The notes under the pieces are model-generated. The model was not told the origin of the DNA. It did no database searches and saw only the letters and a program-made list of their open reading frames with translations. Source: Oscillospiraceae bacterium (GTDB lineage: Bacteria > Bacillota > Clostridia > Oscillospirales > CAG-272). From it: a stretch of 60,005 nucleotides of DNA. The translations under genes were made by a program, and so were the position numbers. How positions within the stretch are numbered: position 1 is the stretch's first letter; each line of letters opens with the position of its first letter. The stretch is taken from positions 1 to 60,005 of the forward strand of contig SVQX01000006.1 of the NCBI GenBank assembly GCA_015065065.1, read 5' to 3'. Shown here piece by piece: positions 10,803 through 20,701 of the stretch.

Positions 10803-11535
10803 TCTTTTTAAAGATAGCGGCGAAAGGCTGAGAACGTTTTTCTTTCCTCCTGTCTGCGTAGGGTGCAGGGAGGTGCTTGACGTGGGAGAGGCGGAACGCG
10901 GGGCGGTATTCTGTCCCGAATGCGCCGCAAAATGGAAAAGCCGTGAGAGGATAACCTATCTTTCGGGACTTGGCAAGGGCGGCGTGCCTCCGCTTCTCGG
11001 AGTTGGTGGTTGCTTTGATATGGTGACGCTTGTCAAATATCGTCCGTCGCGGAATTCTGCGCCCGAAAAGATAATTTATCACCTCAAGCGCAAAAGCGGC
11101 AGACGTGTTGTGAATTTTTTGGCGGGCAGGCTGGCACTTGGAATTGAGAAGGTAGAAAAGCTGCCGCCGAGTCAAGATATCCTGGTCACTTACGTTCCGC
11201 GACAGCACCGAGCCGTGTGCAAAACGGGAATTGACCAAGCCGAAAGGCTTGCACAAGGACTTTCGCGCGCTACGGGATATGAATTTTGCAGGCTCATCAG
11301 CCGCCGCGGAATATTTGCTCCCGCTCAGAAAAAGCTGGATACTGCAAAAAGACGGCAAAACGCCCGCGATATATTTCTGCTGTGCGACGGCGCGGAGATC
11401 CAGTGCGCAGGTAAAACGGTAATAATCACCGACGATCTTTTGACAACGGGTGCAACGCTTGGCGTTTGCGCCGCGTTGCTTTATAGCGCGGGCGCGGCTC
11501 GCGTGATATGTGCGACGGTGGCTGTGACGGCATAG
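10795..11535 (+). CDS. comF: ComF family protein (zinc ribbon plus PRTase-like domain)
   Basis: FFPPVCVGC...FCPEC and ITDDLLTTGATL; overlaps the recD2 stop; ends in TAG. Confidence 0.85.
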   Translation: MNNLFKDSGERLRTFFFPPVCVGCREVLDVGEAERGAVFCPECAAKWKSRERITYLSGLGKGGVPPLLGVGGCFDMVTLVKYRPSRNSAPEKIIYHLKRKSGRRVVNFLAGRLALGIEKVEKLPPSQDILVTYVPRQHRAVCKTGIDQAERLAQGLSRATGYEFCRLISRRGIFAPAQKKLDTAKRRQNARDIFLLCDGAEIQCAGKTVIITDDLLTTGATLGVCAALLYSAGAARVICATVAVTA

Positions 11536-11567
11536 GCAAGAATTTTGAAAAATGACGCTGTCAGCCG

Positions 11568-11597
11568 TTGACAAAGCCATGGAAAATATGTTATACT
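11568..11597 (+). promoter_or_regulatory. Probable sigma-A promoter of the mreB paralog
   Basis: TTGACA 11568-11573, 18 bp spacer, TATACT 11592-11597. Confidence 0.6.
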
Positions 11598-11636
11598 AAA
11601 GGGTACAGAAAAAGCGCGAAAAAAGGAGGTGGAGTC

Positions 11637-12668
11637 GTGCTTGAGCGATTTCAGAGAGATATAGCCATAGATTTCGGTACGGCGTCCGTCCTTGTTTTCG
11701 CACAGGGCAGGGGGATAGTGCTGAAAGAGCCCTCTGTTGTAGCTATCGACACGTCCACAGACCGAGTAATCAAGGTGGGACGCGAGGCTATGGATATGCT
11801 TGGCAGAACGCCCGAGCATATCGAAGCGGTAAGACCTATGAAGGACGGGGATATCGATAGGTACGAGGTCACCCTTGAAATGCTTAAATATTTCATTCGC
11901 CGTGCTTGCGGTAAGACATGGATAAGACCGAGGGTAGTGATATGCGTTCCCACGGGAATATCCGACGTGCAGATACGCGCGGTGATGGAGGCTTCTCGCG
12001 AGGCAGGGGCAAGACGCACGTATCTTATCGAAGAGCCGAGAGCCGCGGCGCTTGGCGCGGGAATGGATATTTCCTCTCCGGTGGGCAGTATGGTAGTAAA
12101 TATCGGCGGCGGTGTCAGCGATATCGCGGTCATGTCCATGGGTGGAGTAGTGGTGTCGGACTCTATTAAGATCGGCGGAGATAAATTCGACGAGGCGATA
12201 ATGCGTCACGTCAGACAGGAATACAACATTCTTATCGGTGATAGGACCGCAGAGGATATAAAGATCAGCATAGGCGAGGTGTACGAGCATGACAAGCCGC
12301 TTTACATGCGGGTGTGCGGCCGTTCACTTATCGACGGAACGCCCAAGGAGGCAACGCTCAGCTCTAAGGAGATGATAAGCGCCCTTTACGAGCCTATGAC
12401 AGCGATACTCGACTCCATCTGCTCGGTCATTGAACGTACGCCGCCCGAGCTTGTGGGCGACATTCTGCTTCACGGCATGGTCATGACGGGCGGAGGCAGT
12501 AAGCTGCACGGACTCAGCGCGCTTATAGAGCGAGTCACGGGGATCCCCACTTATATGGCGAAAAAGCCGGTGGAGAGCGCGGTGCTTGGCGCGGGACAGC
12601 TTTTGTCCCGACTTGACGGAATGCAGGAGGGTATGATATCGTTACCCTCTCACATAAGACAGAAATAA
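11637..12668 (+). CDS. MreB/Mbl-family rod shape-determining protein (paralog without mreCD)
   Basis: IAIDFGTA, KEPSVVA, EEPRAAALGAG, NIGGGVSDIA, GGDKFDEAI, MTGGGS; GTG start after aggagg. Confidence 0.9.
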   Translation: MLERFQRDIAIDFGTASVLVFAQGRGIVLKEPSVVAIDTSTDRVIKVGREAMDMLGRTPEHIEAVRPMKDGDIDRYEVTLEMLKYFIRRACGKTWIRPRVVICVPTGISDVQIRAVMEASREAGARRTYLIEEPRAAALGAGMDISSPVGSMVVNIGGGVSDIAVMSMGGVVVSDSIKIGGDKFDEAIMRHVRQEYNILIGDRTAEDIKISIGEVYEHDKPLYMRVCGRSLIDGTPKEATLSSKEMISALYEPMTAILDSICSVIERTPPELVGDILLHGMVMTGGGSKLHGLSALIERVTGIPTYMAKKPVESAVLGAGQLLSRLDGMQEGMISLPSHIRQK

Positions 12669-12725
12669 TGAGGTACGGAGCGCTGTGTGCAGTTACCCCG
12701 CGTTCCGTACTCAAATTATTTATAC

Positions 12726-12765
12726 GGTGAGTTCGTAACCATCCTCACCTAAAACAAAACTAAGG
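12726..12765 (+). ncRNA. preQ1-I riboswitch
   Basis: ggtgag-ttcgtaaccatc-ctcacc stem-loop followed by A-rich aaaacaaaactaagg tail; directly upstream of queT. Confidence 0.85.
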
Positions 12766-12795
12766 AGGCGCGGAAAATTTTCCGCAAAAAAGATT

Positions 12796-13398
12796 ATGAA
12801 GGACTCAAAAACGTCCCTTTTACCCACGAAAGCCGCGAAGCGGCGGCAAAGACTTGTAAACGTGTGCGTTGGCGCGATAACGGCGGCACTGTATGTGTCG
12901 CTGACTCTGCTGTCCGGCTTGTTCGGACTGTCGAGCGGTGCGATACAGGTGCGCATATCCGAGGCTCTTTGCGTGCTTCCCGTGTTCGTTCCGTGGAGTG
13001 CAGTCGGTCTATGGATAGGCTGTATTATTGCCAACGCCTTGACGAATGCAGTGCCGTGGGACATAGTTTTCGGCTCGCTTGCGACTCTGCTGGGTGCATT
13101 GGGGGCGCTTTTGCTGGGGACCTTTGCAAGACGGGCAAGGGACGCTGGCAGACGAAAAGCGTCTGTGCTGCTGAAAATTCTCGTTCCTCTCCCCACCGTG
13201 CTTTCAAACGCGGCGATAGTTCCGCTCGTGCTGATGTATGCATACGGAGTTACCGACATGGGATATTGGCTTTTGGTGCTTACCGTGGGACTGGGAGAGA
13301 TAATTTCCGCGTGGGTGATAGGACTTCTATTGTTGTTTCTTCTTGAGAAAAATCAAAAAATCTTCAACGTATCGGTGGCAGAAAAATTGCGCCGCTGA
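12796..13398 (+). CDS. queT: QueT family queuosine-precursor transporter
   Basis: AALYVSLT...SGAIQVRISEALCVLP, GCIIAN, DIVFGSLATL; preQ1 riboswitch upstream. Confidence 0.9.
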   Translation: MKDSKTSLLPTKAAKRRQRLVNVCVGAITAALYVSLTLLSGLFGLSSGAIQVRISEALCVLPVFVPWSAVGLWIGCIIANALTNAVPWDIVFGSLATLLGALGALLLGTFARRARDAGRRKASVLLKILVPLPTVLSNAAIVPLVLMYAYGVTDMGYWLLVLTVGLGEIISAWVIGLLLLFLLEKNQKIFNVSVAEKLRR

Positions 13399-13420
13399 TA
13401 AACATATTTAGTTTAAGGGA

Positions 13421-15211
13421 GTGATGGCTTTGAAGCGTTTGTTCGGATACCTGCGTCCGTTTGGAAAACGGATGTCGGTAGGTCTTGTTATCAAGATCAT
13501 GGGAACGCTTGTCGAGCTGGCGCTCCCTTACATTCTGAGTATTATTTTAGACGAGGCAGTTCCCGCCGCGGCGGCGGCAGGGGACACGGGTGCGGGTATT
13601 CGAGGTATAATATTCTGGAGCTGTATGATGCTTGTTTGTACCGTCGCGGCTCTTGTGCTTAACATTACCGCCAACAGAATGGCGTCGGGTGTGGCAAAGG
13701 ACGCTGCGCGCAATATCCGTCACGACCTGTTCGACAGCACAATGCGGCTGTCCTGCAATCAGGTGGATGAGTTTACAGTTCCCAGCCTTGAATCCCGACT
13801 TACCTCTGACACCTACAACGTACATCACGTCATTGGAATGATACAGCGACTCGGAGTACGCGCGCCTATTCTGCTTATCGGCGGAATAGCCATTACATTG
13901 TCGCTTGACGCAACTCTTGCGCTTGTAATGCTTGCGGTACTGCCCTTTATATCGCTTACCGTATATATCGTTTCAAGGCGCGGTGTTAAGCTGTACCGCA
14001 ATTCGCAGCGAGCGGGTGACGAGATGGTGCGTATCGTCCGAGAGGACGTTCAGGGAATTCGCGTTATCAAGGCTCTGTCACGAAAGTATTACGAGCGGAA
14101 GCGGTATGCCGCCTCCGTGGACAAGCTGGTGGGAGCGGAAACAAAAGCCTCTCTTACCATGTCGATCTCCAATCCGCTGATGAATGTTTTTCTCAACCTC
14201 GGACTTGTTGCCGTGCTTTTTGTCGGCGCCTTGCGCGTTGACGGCGGCGAGTGCGCTCCGGGTAAGATAATTGCGTTCATTCAGTATTTTACGCTTATCT
14301 CAAACGCCATGCTGTTCGTCACGCGCATATTTATGATGTGTACCAAGGGTAGCGCGTCCATGAACAGAATTTGCGAGGTTATCGACGCGGCAAATGCTCA
14401 GCCTGCACAGGTAGAGGATCAGCCGTCCGATATCACGGGTGGCGACGGCGACTACCTCACGTTTGATGGAGTGGACTTCTCCTATTTCGGATACAAGGGT
14501 GGCGCACTTAATCTGTCGGACGTAAGCTTTTCGCTCCGACGGGGCGGCACGCTCGGAATTATCGGAGCTACGGGTAGCGGGAAGACTACGGTTTTGTCCT
14601 TGCTCATGCGCTTTTACGAGCTTCCGACAAATTGCGGCAGAATATTGCTGGATGGCAAGGATATCCGAGAGATACCTCCGCGTCAGCTCCGCCGTCGCGT
14701 GGGAATCGCTATGCAGAACGATTTTCTGTACGCGGGAACTATTGAAGAAAATATCGATTTTGGCAGAGGGCTGTCCCACGAGGAGATAGTCCGCGCCGCG
14801 GAAATAGCGCAGGCGGCTGATTTTATAGGTGCGCTTGCCGACGGCTACGAACACAAAATTACCGCGAAGGGTACTAACCTCAGCGGCGGACAAAAGCAGA
14901 GATTGCTTATCGCTCGCGCCGTTGCGGGAAATCCCGAAATACTTATCCTTGACGATGCATCCTCCGCGCTTGACTATCGCACCGATGCCGCGCTTCGCGC
15001 GCGACTCCGCGAGCTTGCGGGCGAGGGAGGCACTCCCATAACCTCTATCGTTGTTGCACAGCGTATAAGCTCGGTGCAGTATGCAGATCTTATACTCGTG
15101 CTTGACGGAGGAAAGATAATCGGAAGCGGAACCCACGAGGAGCTGCTTGAGAGCTGTGACGTGTACCGTGAGATATCCGAGTCGCAGATGGGAGGTGCTA
15201 TTCTTGACTAA
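13421..15211 (+). CDS. ABC exporter, fused TMD-NBD subunit A of a heterodimer (degenerate site)
   Basis: GATGSGKT, LSGGQKQR, ILDDASSALD and VAQRIS (degenerate Walker B and H-switch typical of heterodimeric exporters). Confidence 0.92.
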   Translation: MMALKRLFGYLRPFGKRMSVGLVIKIMGTLVELALPYILSIILDEAVPAAAAAGDTGAGIRGIIFWSCMMLVCTVAALVLNITANRMASGVAKDAARNIRHDLFDSTMRLSCNQVDEFTVPSLESRLTSDTYNVHHVIGMIQRLGVRAPILLIGGIAITLSLDATLALVMLAVLPFISLTVYIVSRRGVKLYRNSQRAGDEMVRIVREDVQGIRVIKALSRKYYERKRYAASVDKLVGAETKASLTMSISNPLMNVFLNLGLVAVLFVGALRVDGGECAPGKIIAFIQYFTLISNAMLFVTRIFMMCTKGSASMNRICEVIDAANAQPAQVEDQPSDITGGDGDYLTFDGVDFSYFGYKGGALNLSDVSFSLRRGGTLGIIGATGSGKTTVLSLLMRFYELPTNCGRILLDGKDIREIPPRQLRRRVGIAMQNDFLYAGTIEENIDFGRGLSHEEIVRAAEIAQAADFIGALADGYEHKITAKGTNLSGGQKQRLLIARAVAGNPEILILDDASSALDYRTDAALRARLRELAGEGGTPITSIVVAQRISSVQYADLILVLDGGKIIGSGTHEELLESCDVYREISESQMGGAILD

Positions 15212-17021
15212 GCGTAAGAATATGGCGGAGAATACCTCTCCCGCCGAGAAAAAGACCTCCCGCCGCCGCGTGCTGTGGCGCGTGTGCGGATATATTTTCG
15301 AGCATAAATGGCTTATGCTCACAGCCTTTGCAGTTATGCTCGTCGCAAATGTTATCGCGCTTGTCGCGCCTTACTATTCGGGACTTGTGATAAACGCTAT
15401 TGAGCCGGGGCGCGGCAGTGTGGATTTTGAAACGGTAGGCTACTACTGTACTTTGCTTGTGATCATATACGTCGTGTCGGCGGCGTTTACCTATCTTTTG
15501 TCCTTTATCATGGTAAGGATAAGCCAGCGCATAGGCGCAAGAATGCGCCGACAGGTGTTTGACCATTTGACGGATCTGCCCGTAAGCTATTTTGACAGCC
15601 ACCAGACGGGCGATATCATCAGCCACATCTCCTACGATATCGACACCGTAAATGCATCTCTTTCAAACGATCTGCTTCAGATAGCCACAAGTGTTATTAC
15701 GGTGGTCGGCTCGCTTGCAATGATGCTGTCCATATCTCCGATCTTGTCCCTTGTATTTGCGGTCACTGTGCCGATATCGCTTGTGTTTGCAAAGTACAGA
15801 ACGCAAAAGGTGCGCCCAATGTTCCGCAAGCGCTCCAAGAAGCTGGGAGAATTGAACGGCTATGCGGAGGAGATGCTGTCGGGACAGCGTACTATCAAGG
15901 CGTACAGCATTGAAAATGTCATAGTGGATCGCTTTGACGGACACAACGAGGACGCTTGCGACGCATATTACCGCGCCGACTACCACGGCTCCGTTATCGG
16001 ACCTACCATGATATTCATAAACAATCTGTCCCTGACGCTGATAACGGCGCTGGGCGGACTGTTCTATCTGTTCAGCATAACCGATCCGAACCTCCCGCTC
16101 ATATTTGTTATCGACCTTGGAATGGTGTCGGCATTCGTTCAGTATTCACGCAAATTCTTCGGTCCTATCAACGAGTTTGCAAATATTTTGAGCGAAATAC
16201 AGTAGGCTACCTCTGCCGCCGAGCGCGTATTTGCTCTGCTTGACGAGCCCACCGAGCCCGCGGACGGGGAGGATGCTGTCGTCCTCTCGGGTGCAGAGGG
16301 AGATATCAAAATGGAGGACGTGCGCTTCGGCTACACCGAGGCAAAGGAGATACTTCACGGCGTAAATATCCATGCCGAGCGGGGTAAAACTATTGCTATC
16401 GTAGGACCTACTGGAAGCGGAAAGACCACGGTCATCAATCTCCTTATGCGCTTTTACGATCATAATAGCGGTAAGATACTGTTCGACGACAAGGAGCTAT
16501 CAGGCCTTACCCGCGACAGCCTGCGCTCCGCGTATACCATGGTGCTTCAGGACACGTGGCTGTTCTGCGGAACGGTGCTTGACAATATTACCTACGGTAC
16601 TGACGGTGCGACGAGGGAGGACGTTATCCGCGCAGCGAAGGCGGCGCGTATCCACGACTTTATAATGACTCTACCCGAGGGATATGATACTGTCTTGTCG
16701 GACGACGGCGTTAATATATCCAAGGGACAAAAGCAGCTTATAACCATAGCCCGAGCTATGCTTTCCCGCGCGCCTGTCCTGATACTTGACGAGGCGACGT
16801 CAAACGTGGATTCACGCACTGAAAAGCTGATACAGAACGCGCTGTACGCGCTCATGTCGGGCAGAACGTGTATCGTTATCGCCCACAGACTTTCCACTAT
16901 CCAGAACGCAGACAGGATACTCGTGGTGCGCGACGGATGCATTGAGGAGCAGGGAACACATAACGAGCTGCTTGAACGAGGCGGATTTTACGCTTCTCTT
17001 TACAACGCACAATTCAAATAA
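15204..17021 (+). pseudogene. ABC exporter subunit B, interrupted by one in-frame TAG at 16203-16205
   Basis: TMD ORF and NBD ORF (GPTGSGKT, ISKGQKQ, LDEATS, IAHRLS) are in the same frame; junction reads SEIQ*ATSAAERVFALLD; could be a real nonsense allele, a consensus error or readthrough. Confidence 0.8.
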
Positions 17022-17036
17022 ACAAGGAGGAGAGAG

Positions 17037-18050
17037 ATGAGCTCCGAAATGATACTCAAGGAATTTCCGCGCGGCGCGGATTGCCTTATTGACCTTCATC
17101 TTCATCTTGATGGCTCGCTGTCGGCGGACTGCGTGCGCCAACTTGGACAGATGCAGGAGATAGACGTTCCCGACGGCGACGTGCTTGACAGAATGCTGTC
17201 GGTGTCAGAGGGCTGCCGCGACCTTAACGAATATCTTGAAAAATTCGATTTTCCGCTGTCCCTGCTTCAAACCGAGGAGGCTATCGCATACGCGGTGCAG
17301 TCGCTGGAGGACAGATTGCTCGACGAGGGTGTAATGTATGCGGAGATACGCTTTGCACCCCAGCTTCATACGCGCAGAGGACTCACGCAAGAGCAGGTGG
17401 TGCGTGCCGCAATATACGGAAACAGCCGCTCGCCGCTTCGGGCAAGCCTTATTCTGTGCTGTATGCGAATGGGTGACAATAAGGCGGAAAATCTTGAAAG
17501 TATCCGCCTCGCTGCCAAGTATCTCGGATGCGGTGTGTGCGCCGCAGATTTGGCAGGTGCTGAGGCACTGTTTGAAAACGCGAGATTTGAGGAAGAATTT
17601 TCCCTCGCCCGTCAGCTTTGCCTGCCCTTTACTCTCCACGCAGGCGAGGCGTCGGGCGCTGATAGCGTGCGTACCGCTCTTGAGATGGGTGCGCGGCGTA
17701 TCGGTCACGGCGTGCGAAGCCTTGAGGACGGGGAAGTAGTCAAGTCCTTGGTCGAGCGAGAAATTCTCCTTGAGCTTTGTCCCACGAGTAATCTTAATAC
17801 GAACATGTTTGAAAACCTTTCGCAGTATCCTCTGCGGGAGCTGATGGCGGCGGGTGTTCGTGTCAGCATCAATACCGATAATACCGCCGTTTCCCGTACC
17901 TCCATAAGACGGGAGTGGGATTGCGTTATATCGCAGTTTTCGCTGACCGCGCAAGAGGTAAAAAAAATACTTTGCGACACGGCAGAGTCGTCCTTTGCGA
18001 ACGCTGAGACCGTGGCGTTTATGAAGGAAAAGATCCAAAACTGTTTTTGA
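17037..18050 (+). CDS. add: Adenosine deaminase
   Basis: DLHLHLDGS, YAEIRFAP, DLAGAE, HAGE, RIGHG, ELCPTSN, NTDN. Confidence 0.92.
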   Translation: MSSEMILKEFPRGADCLIDLHLHLDGSLSADCVRQLGQMQEIDVPDGDVLDRMLSVSEGCRDLNEYLEKFDFPLSLLQTEEAIAYAVQSLEDRLLDEGVMYAEIRFAPQLHTRRGLTQEQVVRAAIYGNSRSPLRASLILCCMRMGDNKAENLESIRLAAKYLGCGVCAADLAGAEALFENARFEEEFSLARQLCLPFTLHAGEASGADSVRTALEMGARRIGHGVRSLEDGEVVKSLVEREILLELCPTSNLNTNMFENLSQYPLRELMAAGVRVSINTDNTAVSRTSIRREWDCVISQFSLTAQEVKKILCDTAESSFANAETVAFMKEKIQNCF

Positions 18051-18874
18051 AAGCTGAACCTAAAATGAAACCCAAGAGAAAAATAATTGATGCACATACC
18101 CACATATTTCCCGACAAAATTGCCGAAAAGGTGTCCGAAAACATAGGAGCGTTTTACGGGCTGGATTGGTATAGCCCTGCGTCCGTCGGAAATCTTATCT
18201 CGGCGGGTAATGAGATCGGCGTTTGTCATTATCTCGTCTGCTCGACTGCTACCGTGGTGTCGCAGGTAGAGCATATCAACGATTTTATTGCCTCAGTCGC
18301 GGCGGCACATCCCGAATTTACCGCGCTGATGGCACTTCATCCCGACTTTGAAAATTACGAGGAGGAGCTTGACCGCGGAATGAAAATGGGACTTCGCGGA
18401 GTCAAGCTGCACCCCGATTTTCAACGCTTTAATATGGACGAGGAGCGGCTTATTCCCATGTACCGCGCTATCGCTAAAAGAGGACTTCCTTTGCTTATTC
18501 ACATGGGCGACGAGAGATATGAATACTCCCGTCCCTGCCGTCTGGCACAGCTTATGCGCGCTGTTCCCGATCTTACCGTCATAGCGGCGCACTTTGGCGG
18601 GTATCAGAGATGGGAGGAGGCACTTGACACCCTGCCGCCCTCCCCAAATCTGTGGTTTGACACGTCAAGCTCGCTGGGAATACTGTCCTACGACAACGCA
18701 ATGCGGCTTATGGAGCGGTTTGGAGTGAATAAATTTATGTTCGGTACGGATTTTCCGATATGGAGTCCCTCGGTTGAGGTCGAAAAGGTGGAAAAATTAC
18801 CCCTGTCTGACGCGGAATTTGAGCTTGTATTCTCCGAAAACTTCAAAAGATTGTTCAATATGTCCAATGTTTGA
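18047..18874 (+). CDS. Amidohydrolase family (Amidohydro_2-like) protein
   Basis: IIDAHTH, GVKLHP, LIHMG, AAHFGG, FGTDFP; start may instead be ATG 18065. Confidence 0.85.
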   Translation: MKAEPKMKPKRKIIDAHTHIFPDKIAEKVSENIGAFYGLDWYSPASVGNLISAGNEIGVCHYLVCSTATVVSQVEHINDFIASVAAAHPEFTALMALHPDFENYEEELDRGMKMGLRGVKLHPDFQRFNMDEERLIPMYRAIAKRGLPLLIHMGDERYEYSRPCRLAQLMRAVPDLTVIAAHFGGYQRWEEALDTLPPSPNLWFDTSSSLGILSYDNAMRLMERFGVNKFMFGTDFPIWSPSVEVEKVEKLPLSDAEFELVFSENFKRLFNMSNV

Positions 18875-18911
18875 TGCCTTGGCAAAGTGTAAAAACATTA
18901 AAAATACCATA

Positions 18912-18940
18912 TTGACAAATCGGCGGCGAGTGATTATAAT
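18912..18940 (+). promoter_or_regulatory. sigma-A promoter of the T-box operon
   Basis: TTGACA 18912-18917, 17 bp spacer, TATAAT 18935-18940. Confidence 0.88.
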
Positions 18941-18957
18941 ATTTAGTATAAAAGCAA

Positions 18958-19231
18958 AATGCGTTGATGGAATTAAGGACTTCGTTACAGCACACAGAGA
19001 GTTGGCGGTGGGTGCGAGCCAATGCGTAGGGACGAAGCTGCTGTCTCATTCCGGAGCAGGACTTTTGAAACAACAGTAAAGAGTCACGGGAGCGCCCGTT
19101 AAAGCGCGGCGGTTTGAAAGTGAACCGTATGAGAGGTCGCCTGTATCTTGGCGGCAAGCGGGGTGGTACCGCGACTGAAATGTATTTCAGCCGTCCCCAT
19201 GGCATTAAGTCATGGAGGCGGCTTTCGTTTT
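18958..19231 (+). ncRNA. T-box riboswitch, probable Leu (CUC) specifier
   Basis: Stem I with AGAGA and GGTGCGA motifs, CTC-A at 19045-19048, T-box aagcggggtggtaccgcg 19156-19173, terminator agccgtccccatgg...catggaggcggct-ttcgtttt 19189-19231. Confidence 0.9.
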
Positions 19232-19267
19232 GCCTCTGTGGAAATTTTCAGAAAGTAGGGTAAAAAA

Positions 19268-20683
19268 ATGAAAAAAGTAATATTTACCGATGTGACCTTG
19301 CGCGATAGCTTCAAGGGAGGCGAGTGTGTTTATACCTTTAAGGAAAGAGTGGAGATAGCAAAGGTGCTGGATAAGCTGCACGTTGACAGAATTTGTCTTT
19401 CTCCCATAGAAAACGTGACGGCTGACACAATGATAGTACGCACTATGGCGGCGGTGGTAAAAAACAGCGTGCTGTCCATGCCCGTAGGATTTACGGCTGA
19501 GTCTGTTGACCTTGCGTGGAATGCAGTGTCCGTTGCGAAAAAGCCCGAGCTGCTTGTTGCCGTTCCCACGTCGGCGGTGCAGATGGAATACATCTGCCAC
19601 AGAAAAGCGCCCAAGGTAATGGAAATGATTTCGGAGCTTGTAGGCGCGGCAAGAGTTAAATGTGAGCGAGTAAACTTCGCGGCTGTTGATGCGACCAGAA
19701 GCGACATGCCAATTCTCGCCGAAGCAATAAAGACAGCGGTCGATAACGGCGCGACAGAGGTAACTCTGTGCGACAGCGCGGGAATTTTCCTGCCTGATGA
19801 GATGGCGAATTTTATTGCTGACGTTATGGCGGCGGCTCCCGTTATTGCGGAAAAGGGAATTGCTGTAAGCGTACAATGCTCCAATGCCCTCAGCGTAGGT
19901 GCGGCGTGCGCCGTAGCGGCTGTCAAGAACGAAGCTGTGTGCGGCGTTTGCGTGTCCGTCGGTGGCGGTGACAGCGCGCCTGCTCTTTCCGAAATGGCAC
20001 AGATAATGAGAATAAAGGGCGACGATTGCGGCTTTTCGTGTGGCATCAAGACCACCGAGCTTCAGCGCTCGCTCCGTCAGCTCGGGCTTGTGGAAAAGAT
20101 CGCGGGCGGAGCGGCTCAGGCAGAGTCGGCGGATTCCACGGAGAGCTTCGTGCTTGACAAAAACGACGATATTGCCACCGTTGCGAAGGCGATAAAAAAG
20201 CTGGGCTACGACCTGTCCGACGAGGACGTGTCTAAGGTATACGAGTCCTTCTGCACCGTCGCCAAGCAAAAGACGGTGGATGCCCGCGAGCTTGACGCTA
20301 TTATTGCGTCGGTTGCGCTGCAGGTGCCTCCAACGTACCGACTTATAAGCTACGTTATCAACAGTGGCAGTCACATCTCCTCTACCGCCAATATTCAGGT
20401 AGAGAAGGACGGCGAAATGATAAGCGAGGTGTGCGCGGGATTTGGACCTATCGACGCGGCATTTCTGGCTGTTGATGCCGTGGTAGGCACGAGATACGAG
20501 CTGGACGATTTCCAGATACAGTCCGTGACCGAGGGCAAGGAGGCTATGGGAAGCGCACTGGTTCGACTTCGCGCAGGCGGAAAGCTGTATTCGGGAACGG
20601 GCATCTCCACCGATATAATCGGTGCGTCCATTCGTGCTTACGTCAACGCCATCAACAAGATAGCCTACGAAGAAAAGGTTTGA
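19268..20683 (+). CDS. 2-isopropylmalate synthase (LeuA)-like protein; catalytic motifs degenerate, C-terminal regulatory domain retained
   Basis: DVTLRDSFK for DTTLRDGEQ, QCSNA for HxHND, no GERxGN; C-terminal GFGPIDA...STDIIGASIRAYVNAINK. Confidence 0.85.
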   Translation: MKKVIFTDVTLRDSFKGGECVYTFKERVEIAKVLDKLHVDRICLSPIENVTADTMIVRTMAAVVKNSVLSMPVGFTAESVDLAWNAVSVAKKPELLVAVPTSAVQMEYICHRKAPKVMEMISELVGAARVKCERVNFAAVDATRSDMPILAEAIKTAVDNGATEVTLCDSAGIFLPDEMANFIADVMAAAPVIAEKGIAVSVQCSNALSVGAACAVAAVKNEAVCGVCVSVGGGDSAPALSEMAQIMRIKGDDCGFSCGIKTTELQRSLRQLGLVEKIAGGAAQAESADSTESFVLDKNDDIATVAKAIKKLGYDLSDEDVSKVYESFCTVAKQKTVDARELDAIIASVALQVPPTYRLISYVINSGSHISSTANIQVEKDGEMISEVCAGFGPIDAAFLAVDAVVGTRYELDDFQIQSVTEGKEAMGSALVRLRAGGKLYSGTGISTDIIGASIRAYVNAINKIAYEEKV

Positions 20684-20701
20684 TAAAACGAGGTAATCAA
20701 A

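Noticed and set aside
11533-16205. Genome-wide reassignment of TAG to an amino acid
   Set aside because: Only one in-frame TAG across about 50 kb of coding sequence, and comF ends in TAG at its expected C-terminus; kept only as a low-probability readthrough hypothesis
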